64,000 bases of DNA, taken from assembly GCA_965206595.1 (NCBI GenBank), contig OZ242214.1, positions 1,792,001 through 1,856,000 of the forward strand, in the 5' to 3' direction. Source of the DNA: Candidatus Latescibacterota bacterium. Its GTDB lineage: Bacteria; Latescibacterota; UBA2968; UBA8231. The position numbers were made by a program, and so were the translations under genes. Every line of letters begins with the position of its first letter. Position 1 is the stretch's first letter. Below the pieces are notes generated by a model, which did no database searches, was not told the origin of the DNA, and saw nothing but the letters and a program-made list of their open reading frames with translations. This document shows positions 56,208 to 64,000 of the stretch, piece by piece.

Positions 56208-57560
56208 TCAGCCGGCCAGAGTGGGAACCGCTTCGATCGATTTCAGCACGGTCGCGCGTACTTGTTCGTAATCGGGATCGACCTCGACGGGCCGGTTGGC
56301 GTTTCGGGGAACGACGCCGAATACTTCGCGCAAATTGTCGGAATGATAGTCGATTTTGAAGTTCGGAAACTTGAGGCCGTGCGCCGTGGAGATCACGACC
56401 ACAGTGTCATTCGAGCCGATGGTACCGCGCTCAACGAGCTTGAACAGGACGGCCAACGCCACTCCCGTGTGGGGACAGGTGAACAGTCCGGTGCGGTCAG
56501 CCCGGTCAGCGGCTTCGGACAGTTCCTGCTCGGTCGCCTGCTCCACGACACCGTCGAACTGCCTGAGGACGCGGACGGCCCGCTCCCAACTGACGGGATT
56601 GCCGATGCGAATGGCGCTGGCGAGGGTGCTGCCGGCATGCTGCGATGAGAACGACTCGAAGTTGTCCAGATAGCTGAGGTACAGTGGGTTGGCCATTGCG
56701 GACTGGGCGACGGCAATGCCCGGCAGATGGTCGATTATCCCCATCTCCCTCATTTCGAGAAACCCCTTCCCCAGGGCGCTGACGTTTCCGAGGTTGCCTC
56801 CCGGGATGACGATCCAGTCCGGAACCTTCCAATCGAACTGCTGTGTCAGTTCGATCGCAACCGTCTTCTGGCCTTCGATGCGCAGGGAATTCTTCGAGTT
56901 CGCGAGGTAGAGGTTCTCACTGGTGCAGATTTCCTGGACGATCCGCATGCAGCCGTCGAAATCAGTTCGGATCGACAGCGTAAGAGCACCGTTCGTGATC
57001 GGCTGAATCAGCTGCGAAAGGGATATCATGTCCTTTGGCAGCAAGGTGATCACCGGAATTCCGGCTGCCGCTCCGTAGGCGGCCAGGGCGGCGGAGGTGT
57101 CCCCGGTAGAGGCGCAGATGAGCGCCGGGATGTCGGTTCCCTCCGAACGCATTTGCCGCACCATGGAGACCAGTACCGTCATTCCCAGGTCTTTGAACGA
57201 CCCGGTATGGCTGTTCCCGCACTGTTTTACCCAGAGGTCCTGCAGCCCGATCTCGCGGCCCAGCCTCTCCGCCCAGAACAGGTTGCTCCCCCCTTCGTAC
57301 ATCGACACGACGTTCTTTTCCTCGACCTCGGGGCAAACCATCTCCTGCTTGCCCCACACCGAGCTGCCGTACGGAAAATCATTACGCATGTAGCGGCGGT
57401 CGAATAGCTCGCGCCATGCGGCCCCAGGTCTCTTCCGCAGTTCCGTCATGTCGTGCTGGACGGACAGCAACCCCCCGCACTCCCCGCACTCGTAGACCAT
57501 TTCGGTAAGCGGGTACGTCTCGTTGCACTTGATGCACTGAAACCAGGCCTGATACCCCAT
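56208..57560 (-). CDS. thrC: Threonine synthase, plant-like
   Basis: EGGSNLFWAERLG, SHTGSFKDLGMTVLVS, CASTGDTSAALAAY, PGGNLGN, STAHGLKF. Confidence 0.93.
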   Translation of the reverse strand: MGYQAWFQCIKCNETYPLTEMVYECGECGGLLSVQHDMTELRKRPGAAWRELFDRRYMRNDFPYGSSVWGKQEMVCPEVEEKNVVSMYEGGSNLFWAERLGREIGLQDLWVKQCGNSHTGSFKDLGMTVLVSMVRQMRSEGTDIPALICASTGDTSAALAAYGAAAGIPVITLLPKDMISLSQLIQPITNGALTLSIRTDFDGCMRIVQEICTSENLYLANSKNSLRIEGQKTVAIELTQQFDWKVPDWIVIPGGNLGNVSALGKGFLEMREMGIIDHLPGIAVAQSAMANPLYLSYLDNFESFSSQHAGSTLASAIRIGNPVSWERAVRVLRQFDGVVEQATEQELSEAADRADRTGLFTCPHTGVALAVLFKLVERGTIGSNDTVVVISTAHGLKFPNFKIDYHSDNLREVFGVVPRNANRPVEVDPDYEQVRATVLKSIEAVPTLAG

Positions 57561-57789
57561 GATTCTTCAGTCGTACAAAGGTTTCGAGGTCGCGCCGATA
57601 CCGGGTGCCGCCCTCTTGGGAAGGTTCAGAATCTACCTTTGGCGCAGAACACCTGCAAGAATTGGAGCCGTCCTCCTCACCCGGAAAACGGCGTTCGCCT
57701 GCAGCTGTTGTCGGAGGGGGCTACAGGGGAGGCCACACACCTCCCGAACTGTTCCATCTACTTTCTGGTTGGGGTGCCGAAAACCGGGC

Positions 57790-58977
57790 TCAACCAGGGG
57801 ACAGGGCGGCCTCGAGCGCGGCACCGGCATCCGCGGCCACACCCTGGCCGTGCAGAACGGCTGCCGCGGTCGCGAGAAAGAGAAGGACATTCTCCAGGCT
57901 CGAGGTGTGTCCCATCAGACCGAGGCGCCAGGCCTTCCCTTTGAAGTCGCCCAGGCCCCCGCCGATTTCGATGTTGAACTCCTCCAGCAGACGGAGCCGG
58001 GCTGCGGCGTCGTCGACGCCGTCGGGAATCCGCACCGTCGTCAGGGTGGGGAGTCGGAAGGGCTTGTCGACGACGAGTTCGAGGCCCATCGCCGTCAGGC
58101 CGCTGACCAGGGCACGGTGATTCTTCGCGTGCCGCTTCCAGCGAGCTTCCAGGCCCTCCTCGAGAACGAGGGCCAGTGCCTCTCTGAGCGCGTAGTTCAT
58201 CGACACCGGCGCGGTGTGGTGATAGACGCGGTCGCTTCCCCAGTACTGCTCGATCATCGACAGATCGAGGTACCAGCTTTGAACTTTCTTGCGCCTGTTG
58301 CGGATCAGTTCGAGGCAGCGGTCGTTCAGGGTTACAGGGGATAGTCCAGGGGGACAGCTAAGGCACTTCTGGGTGCCGCTGTAGCAGGCATCGATGCCTA
58401 GGGCGTCCACCCCGATGTCGATACCCGCAAGCGATGTCACGGCGTCGACGACGAACAGGGCTCCGCGGCCGCGGGCGAGGGCGGCTATCTCTTCCAGGGG
58501 CTGCAAGACCCCGGTCGAGGTCTCGGCGTGCACTATGGCCAGGAGCTTTACGTCCCCCTGAATTTTATGGAGCGTCTCCGCGACCTCGTCCGGGGCGACC
58601 GGGCCGCCCCATTCCGCAGCCACCATGAAGACTTCCGCACCGCAGCGCTCGGCGACGTCCCGCATGCGCTGGCCGAACACCCCGCAGGCGCATACAACGA
58701 CCTGGTCCCCAGGCTCGATGAGGTTGGTGAAGCAGGTCTCCATTCCTGCGCTTCCAGTGCCGGAAACCGAGATGGTCAGTCGGTTCTGCGTCTGAAACAC
58801 CTGCCTGAGAAGATTTTTCGAATCCTCCATCACATTGAGAAACTGTGGGTCCAGATGCCCGACCACGGGGGCCGCCAGTGCGGCGTACACGCGCGGGTGG
58901 ACGTTGCTCGGCCCAGGGCCCATGAGCAGGCGCGGCGACGGATTTAGTCTTACAGGTAGGTTTTTTTCCAGGTTCAC
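57790..58977 (-). CDS. Alanine--glyoxylate/serine--pyruvate aminotransferase (class V)
   Basis: [38 protein letters not shown]. Confidence 0.92.
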   Translation of the reverse strand: MNLEKNLPVRLNPSPRLLMGPGPSNVHPRVYAALAAPVVGHLDPQFLNVMEDSKNLLRQVFQTQNRLTISVSGTGSAGMETCFTNLIEPGDQVVVCACGVFGQRMRDVAERCGAEVFMVAAEWGGPVAPDEVAETLHKIQGDVKLLAIVHAETSTGVLQPLEEIAALARGRGALFVVDAVTSLAGIDIGVDALGIDACYSGTQKCLSCPPGLSPVTLNDRCLELIRNRRKKVQSWYLDLSMIEQYWGSDRVYHHTAPVSMNYALREALALVLEEGLEARWKRHAKNHRALVSGLTAMGLELVVDKPFRLPTLTTVRIPDGVDDAAARLRLLEEFNIEIGGGLGDFKGKAWRLGLMGHTSSLENVLLFLATAAAVLHGQGVAADAGAALEAALSPG

Positions 58978-59016
58978 GGAATTCCTCCAGAGAAAGAGAG
59001 TATGCCGAGGTGCGGA

Positions 59017-59589
59017 TCATCCCCCTGCCGGGGGAGGTAGTCGACGCAACACCATGGGCACGAGCAGGATATCGAGGGCGGCCTCGGGGATGAGGTAGCT
59101 GGCGTTGTACCCGAGGGAATATCGCCATACCTCCATGTCCTCCGGCGCCAGGTGGCCGAAGTAGACGACCCCGGACAGGAAGTGGAGACCCAGCCGGACC
59201 GCCGCGGCAACCGCGATGGCCGCGGCCGGGCGAGGCCAGCCAAGGCCCTTTTCCGGGGTTCGCCCAGGGGCTGCCAGAGCGGCGATTCCCACCGTTGCGT
59301 AGGCCAGGGGGTAATCCAGAACCAACTGGATCGGATGTACGAAATAGGGGGCCATGGCGAAGTGAACGACACCGTAGGCCAAGCCTGCCATCCCCCCGGG
59401 CAACGGACCGTGCCTGAGGGCGACGACGAACAATGGAACCGAATCCAGGCTCACCGAGCCTCCGTAGAGGAGGTGGGGAAGCTTGAGCTTGAAGAGGCTC
59501 AGCACCGCGGCCAGGGCAATGGCAAAGGAGAGTTCCGCCTGCACCCGGATCGGGTAGGAACGATTCAATATGGAAGAAGCCCGTAGCAA
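59017..59589 (-). CDS. thiT: ECF S-component thiamine transporter ThiT (start uncertain)
   Basis: GGSVSL, HPIQLVLDYPLAY, HFLSGVVYF, YSLGYNASY. Confidence 0.88.
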   Translation of the reverse strand: MLRASSILNRSYPIRVQAELSFAIALAAVLSLFKLKLPHLLYGGSVSLDSVPLFVVALRHGPLPGGMAGLAYGVVHFAMAPYFVHPIQLVLDYPLAYATVGIAALAAPGRTPEKGLGWPRPAAAIAVAAAVRLGLHFLSGVVYFGHLAPEDMEVWRYSLGYNASYLIPEAALDILLVPMVLRRLPPPAGG

Positions 59590-59619
59590 ATGCCCGCTCG
59601 GTTCACGCGGGGCAAACCC

Positions 59620-59738
59620 TTGGGAATCGCAGTTTTCGCAGAGCGTACCTCAGCCGGGTAATTGCTCAGGGCCCAAGAATCCCGGGTGGTAATTGGCCCA
59701 GCTGGAGCGTAGGTCTCGAGTCCACACGCGCATCCCAA
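59620..59738. ncRNA. Candidate structured RNA (long interrupted hairpin) upstream of thiT; family not recognised
   Basis: Ends TTGGGA/TCCCAA pair; inner CAGCCGGGTAATTGC / GTAATTGGCCCAGCTG stem. Confidence 0.35.
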
Positions 59739-59961
59739 TTTCATAACTGTATCACAAAGATCATTGTATCTATTTGTAGAAAATCAGGTTGAAGTTCGAA
59801 TTCCCTGGGGTAAAGCCAGAAAGGGGGATTTGTTTTTGCGTGCTGGGTACGGAGAACGGAACCCAGGAGCGGCAGCGGCGTCCTACCTGATGCGGGCCCA
59901 CCGGTCTGGGCTCGCACCCTCCCTTGCGGCCGGAAGCAGTAAGTCTGCTTCCGGCCGTTCT

Positions 59962-61050
59962 TCAATTCAGCCGCTGCAGCAGCATCACCCCTTGGGGAAT
60001 GCGGATCACCCCGCTCACCTCGTTGACTTGCAGTTTCAGCACTTCCTCTTCTACTGCCTCCAACATGTCCCCAGGCCCGAAGAACCCGAGGTCACCGCCG
60101 TCGCGGGCGTTCGGGGCTTTCGAAAACTTGACGGCCAGCTGGCCGAAATCCTCACCTGCCTCGATTCGCGTGAGAAGGTCGCGGCCCTGCTCCTCGGAAT
60201 CGACCAGGATCATGCGGGCCCGCAACTTGCCGGCGATGATTTCACGCAGGGCCTCCATGTTGAGGTTTATCGCATGTATTACGTCGGGATCCGGTGACAA
60301 CTCCTTGGCGCGCTGGTAATAGGACAGTGCCCGGGAGTAGCGCCCCTGTTGCGAGTGCAGGAAGCCGAGGTTGTTGAATGCCTCGACGTCCCGCGGGAGC
60401 AGCTCCGTCACGGTTTCGTAATGGGCGATCGCCCTTTCCAGCGAGTCTACCCGGGTGTAATGGAACCCGAGGTAGCGGTGCGCTTCCGGATTGCGGTCGT
60501 CGAGAAGAAGTGCGGAGTCCAAGTGGGTCTTGGCCATCAACCGGTTTCCGGCCTGCATGTAGAGAAACCCGAGGGAGCTCTGAATCGCCGATACCTGTGG
60601 AGCCAGCCGGCGCGCTTCCTCTATGACGGCGATGGCGGAATCGAGCTGCCCGGCGGCGAGGAACGCCTCTCCCAGGGCGGAATATACCTGGAGTTGCCCC
60701 GGTCTTTCCGCCATGGAGCGCTTGAAGGCGGCGATCGACTCTGCAACCTTTCCATCCGCCAGGTAGAGCGTCCCGAGCCGGTTGAGCACCTCGGCGCTTC
60801 CGGCGCCCAGTTTCAGCGCCTCTTCGTAGCGGGCGATGGCGGGCTTGAGCTGCCCGCGTCCGGCGAGGAACTCCGCTTCCTGAACCAGCCGTACCATCGG
60901 CGGCAGCTCGGTGGCCTGGGTGTCCGCCGGTGCGGCGGTCTGCGCCCCCGCTTCATAGGCCTGTCCGTGATTGCACAGCAAGACCGCCACCGCGAGGAAG
61001 ACCGCGTTCACAGGCATCACCTTCACCGCTTTCATAACGGGATTCGGCAT
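59962..61050 (-). CDS. Exported TPR protein with C-terminal PpiC/parvulin rotamase domain
   Basis: Signal peptide, about 6 TPRs, GEDFGQLAVKFS..GGDLGFF..EVSGVI. Confidence 0.85.
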   Translation of the reverse strand: MPNPVMKAVKVMPVNAVFLAVAVLLCNHGQAYEAGAQTAAPADTQATELPPMVRLVQEAEFLAGRGQLKPAIARYEEALKLGAGSAEVLNRLGTLYLADGKVAESIAAFKRSMAERPGQLQVYSALGEAFLAAGQLDSAIAVIEEARRLAPQVSAIQSSLGFLYMQAGNRLMAKTHLDSALLLDDRNPEAHRYLGFHYTRVDSLERAIAHYETVTELLPRDVEAFNNLGFLHSQQGRYSRALSYYQRAKELSPDPDVIHAINLNMEALREIIAGKLRARMILVDSEEQGRDLLTRIEAGEDFGQLAVKFSKAPNARDGGDLGFFGPGDMLEAVEEEVLKLQVNEVSGVIRIPQGVMLLQRLN

Positions 61051-61054
61051 GGTT

Positions 61055-61723
61055 TCAGGAATCCGTGCGCATTTCTGCGCCCGGTTTGCCCCCAGCCCCG
61101 AACCTGGCACGAAGAGCCTGTACCTGGTCGTTGTCGAGGGTGTTCGTGCGACCCAGTTGGCGTGCAACGAGGGCGATGCGGGCGCACAACTCGACGGTCT
61201 CCATCTTGAAGTGCGCATCCATCAGATCGGCTCCCAGGGTCACGGCGCCGTGATTGGCCAGCAGCAGGGCGTCGTAGTTCTTCCGTAGCAGTGGAATCAT
61301 CGGCTCGACAATCCCCGGCCCCCCCGGCGTTCCGTACGAAGCCATCGGGATTCCCCCGAGGTTCACGATTACCTCCGGCAGGATGTAGTCCATCAGATCG
61401 ATACCGGCCACAGCGAACCCGGTTGCGGTAGGCGGATGGGCGTGCACGACTCCCCCGGTTTCCGGTCTGAGCCGATAGGACTCGGTGTGCATGAGGATCT
61501 CCGAGGTAACTTCCCGGTCCCCATCGACCCGGTTGCCGTCGAGGTCGCAGACAACGAGCATTCCGGGGGTGAGAAACCCCTTGCTCACCCCGGTAGGCGA
61601 GCACAGCAGGCGATGCTTTCCGAGCCGTGCCGAGATGTTGCCGTCGTTTCCAGCCACGAAGCCGAGGTTGTAGATCCGCCGACCCACCTCGCAGATTTCC
61701 TCGCGGAGCCCCGCTTCCGTCAT
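61055..61723 (-). CDS. Class II aldolase/adducin family protein
   Basis: GNDGNISAR, PTGVSKG, TSEILMH, HAHPP, LLANHG. Confidence 0.92.
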   Translation of the reverse strand: MTEAGLREEICEVGRRIYNLGFVAGNDGNISARLGKHRLLCSPTGVSKGFLTPGMLVVCDLDGNRVDGDREVTSEILMHTESYRLRPETGGVVHAHPPTATGFAVAGIDLMDYILPEVIVNLGGIPMASYGTPGGPGIVEPMIPLLRKNYDALLLANHGAVTLGADLMDAHFKMETVELCARIALVARQLGRTNTLDNDQVQALRARFGAGGKPGAEMRTDS

Positions 61724-62733
61724 CGGGTTGCGGTTCCTTCGAACTCGCAGACGGACCGAACCGGCGCACCACTCACAGGTGAAAACTCGCTCGTGGGAAG
61801 GCCTGGGCCCGTCCGGCGCTTTTCAAACAGCGTTGCCGCCGCCTCTACCGATATCCAGAAGCCGCCAGCGACCGCCGGCAGGGCAACGTTCAGCAGCCAG
61901 AGCAGAAGGGCAGCGTTGATGGCGGCAATCGGATCGAGGCCGATGCTTGAGAAGACCAAAGCCGAGGCTGCCTCGCGGGGGCCGAGATCGAGGAATCCGA
62001 CCGGGGCAAGGGTCTTCAAACCGAAAATAACCGGTATGGCAGCTATTCCCTGGGGAGTCAGCTCGATCCAGCTCAGGGCCAAGAGATAGAATTGGGCGAA
62101 GAAAACCAGGTTGAACAGAAGGGACCAGAGCAGAACGCGCAGAAACAGAGTCCTGGGGATCGAGACAAGCGCCGCAGTAATCCTGCCGGCAGCTGAAAAC
62201 CAGGGTGTAGCGGCCGTCCATTTCCGCAGAAGGGGCAATGCTCCCCCATGCCGGAGAAGGAGTCCTCCCGCGGCAGCCAAACCCGCTCCACAGGCCAAGG
62301 CGGAAGCCGGATGTATGAAGGCCAGCCCCAGGACCGCGACAACGACGGTGACTCCGGCCGAACAGGCCCGGTCGGCGCCAGCCATGACAACGCCCTCGAC
62401 CCGGCGTCCCTCGAACAAGGCGCCGCGGCCCAGCTCCCCCACCCTTCCCGGCGATACCATTCCAAGGGAGAATCCCACGAGCAGGGAGCGCAAGCTCTCA
62501 TAGGCCCGGGTCGTCGGTCGGATCGAAACGAGGAGCTCGTGCCATTTTCGCCACTGGATTGCCACGCCGGCGAGGCTGCCGGCAAAGGCAAGGGCCAGAA
62601 GGAGGGCGTCGGCAGCGAGCAGATTGCCAACAAGCTCGGCCGGGCTTGCAACCAGGTGGAGGAGCAGTAACAGCAGAGAAAGGGAAATCGCCGTCTTTGC
62701 CAAGGGGGGAAAGATCGCGGTGAATCTGCACAC
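61720..62733 (-). CDS. Lysylphosphatidylglycerol synthase TM / flippase-like (UPF0104) protein
   Basis: WRKW, SPGRVGELGR, ADR, DLGPREAA; multiple TMs. Confidence 0.8.
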   Translation of the reverse strand: MCRFTAIFPPLAKTAISLSLLLLLLHLVASPAELVGNLLAADALLLALAFAGSLAGVAIQWRKWHELLVSIRPTTRAYESLRSLLVGFSLGMVSPGRVGELGRGALFEGRRVEGVVMAGADRACSAGVTVVVAVLGLAFIHPASALACGAGLAAAGGLLLRHGGALPLLRKWTAATPWFSAAGRITAALVSIPRTLFLRVLLWSLLFNLVFFAQFYLLALSWIELTPQGIAAIPVIFGLKTLAPVGFLDLGPREAASALVFSSIGLDPIAAINAALLLWLLNVALPAVAGGFWISVEAAATLFEKRRTGPGLPTSEFSPVSGAPVRSVCEFEGTATR

Positions 62734-62942
62734 GGGTTAGCTTAATTCACTGTTGGGGAATGGGTTGCGGCAAGCAAAAGAATGAGAAAGCTAGCCGGAG
62801 GAGGCAGGGCCGTCAAGCGGTGGCGCCTGTATTGCCCGATTTGTGGCAGGTTGCCGCTGCATTCCAAAGGTGCGGCAATCCCGACGGCAGCCTCAGGAGG
62901 GGAACCATGAGGGGCTGGGCTAAAAGGCGGGATACGCAGCCG

Positions 62943-64000
62943 TCAGCCGCGGAACAGGAAGTGAATGACGTCGCCGTCTCGAACAAGGTAATCCCGGCCT
63001 TCGGTGCGCAGCTTTCCCTGTTGTCGGAGCCGCTGCAGCTCTCCCCCGGCAGCGGCCAGGTCCTCGACCGCGGTAACCTCGGCGCGGATGAAGCCCTCCT
63101 CCATGGCGCTGTGAATTCTGCCGGCCGCGGCCGCGGCTGAGGTCCCGGAGGGGAGCTGCCATGCCTGAAGTTTTTCGTTGGCGATGGTGTAGAAGGCGAT
63201 CAGCCGCAACAGCTTGTAAGCTGCGAGGACAAGACGGTCCACCCCCTTGGACTCCAGTCCCATTGCGGCCAGTAGTTCCTCTTTCTCCTCACCTTCTTCG
63301 AGCTGGGCAACTTCCGCCTCCAGCTGGGCGCAAATCTCCAGCACCCGGTCCTCCCCCACCCTGGCCCGGAGCTGATCGACGAGAACGTTCTCCTGCCTCG
63401 AGGTTTCTCCGATGTTGGCGACGTAGAGCACGGGCTTGGCAGAGAGGAGGTTGTAGCTGCGCACCGTCCGCATATCGCCTGGTGTCAGCTCGTTCCTGGC
63501 GTGCACGGGAACACTCTCCAACAGGCCGGCCTCCATCTTCTTGAGCGCTTCCAGCTCGGGCCGGCGCGGGCTGCGCGGATCGGTGGCAACCACCCGTTCG
63601 AGATGGGGCAGGGCATCCTCGATGGACTGGAGATCGGCGAGCATGAGCTCGCTTTCGATGGTATCGACATCCCGCGCCGGGTTCAGTGCGTCCTCGACAT
63701 GGGAAACTGTGGGGTTCTCGAAACAGCGGACCACGTGAACCAGGGCATCGGTCTCGCGGACGTCGGCGAGGAACTGGTTTCCCCTGCCCTCCCCCTTGCT
63801 GGCACCCCGCACCAGGCCGGCGATGTCGGTGAACTGTATGCTCGTCGGGGTGCAGCTGGCAGGCTTCAACAGCTCGTCGAGGGTCCGCAGTCGCTCATCC
63901 GGCACTTCGACTACCCCGACGTTCGGGTCGATGGTGCAGAACGGGTAGCTCGATGCCTCGGCCGAGGCCGAGGTCAGGGAGTTGAAAAGGGTGGTCTTGC
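62943..64000 (-). CDS. ychF: Ribosome-binding ATPase YchF (5' end outside the window)
   Basis: KTTLFNSLT, YPFCTIDPNVG, DIAGLVRGASKGEG, AAGRIHS..GFIRAE, YLVRDGDVIHF. Confidence 0.96.
   Translation of the reverse strand, partial: KTTLFNSLTSASAEASSYPFCTIDPNVGVVEVPDERLRTLDELLKPASCTPTSIQFTDIAGLVRGASKGEGRGNQFLADVRETDALVHVVRCFENPTVSHVEDALNPARDVDTIESELMLADLQSIEDALPHLERVVATDPRSPRRPELEALKKMEAGLLESVPVHARNELTPGDMRTVRSYNLLSAKPVLYVANIGETSRQENVLVDQLRARVGEDRVLEICAQLEAEVAQLEEGEEKEELLAAMGLESKGVDRLVLAAYKLLRLIAFYTIANEKLQAWQLPSGTSAAAAAGRIHSAMEEGFIRAEVTAVEDLAAAGGELQRLRQQGKLRTEGRDYLVRDGDVIHFLFRG

Noticed and set aside
57561-57789. SAM riboswitch or T-box ahead of thrC-metB
   Set aside because: No SAM-I core or T-box AAGGTGGNACC-type motif found by eye
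59620-59738. 5S rRNA, SRP RNA or 6S RNA
   Set aside because: Length fits 5S but no CCGAAC or GAGAGTAG motif; no SRP GGAAG-AGCAG loop; shorter than typical 6S and lacking motifs I recognise
59590-59760. Canonical TPP riboswitch upstream of thiT
   Set aside because: CTGAG occurs but the downstream CCTGA/TAAT/GCG.AGG elements are not present in order on the minus strand

Overview
High-GC (roughly 60%) bacterial chromosomal segment, mostly housekeeping genes, in four blocks. (1) 1-4.3 kb (+): the end of a polyamine/envelope-type operon (FAD oxidoreductase, membrane-fused spermidine synthase, DUF4178-like, Gly/Arg-tailed lipoprotein, DUF350). (2) 4.5-19.4 kb (-): hisI, cysC, a divergent pyrH-like gene, purB and a sugar-acid cluster with a TatT-containing TRAP transporter. 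(3) 19.8-42.8 kb (+): mreBC, HU, a small bS22-type ribosomal protein missed by the ORF track, 4 tRNAs, miaA, der, rimP-nusA-infB-rbfA-truB-RFK-rpsO-[IS630]-pnp, asnS, leuS. (4) 44-64 kb (-): mutL, hprK, rsgA, two prs paralogues (one with a degenerate active site), apt, hemB, a plant-type thrC + cystathionine gamma-synthase pair, thiT, ychF. The most striking item is a ~1.2 kb element between convergent leuS and mutL. It encodes only a Cre-like tyrosine recombinase, is bounded by two inversely oriented dif-like 11-6-11 sites each 4 bp inside an 8-bp direct repeat (TTCTAAGA), and has a third loxP/XerC-like site over the recombinase's probable promoter. All calls come from motif recognition by eye; no database searches were run.
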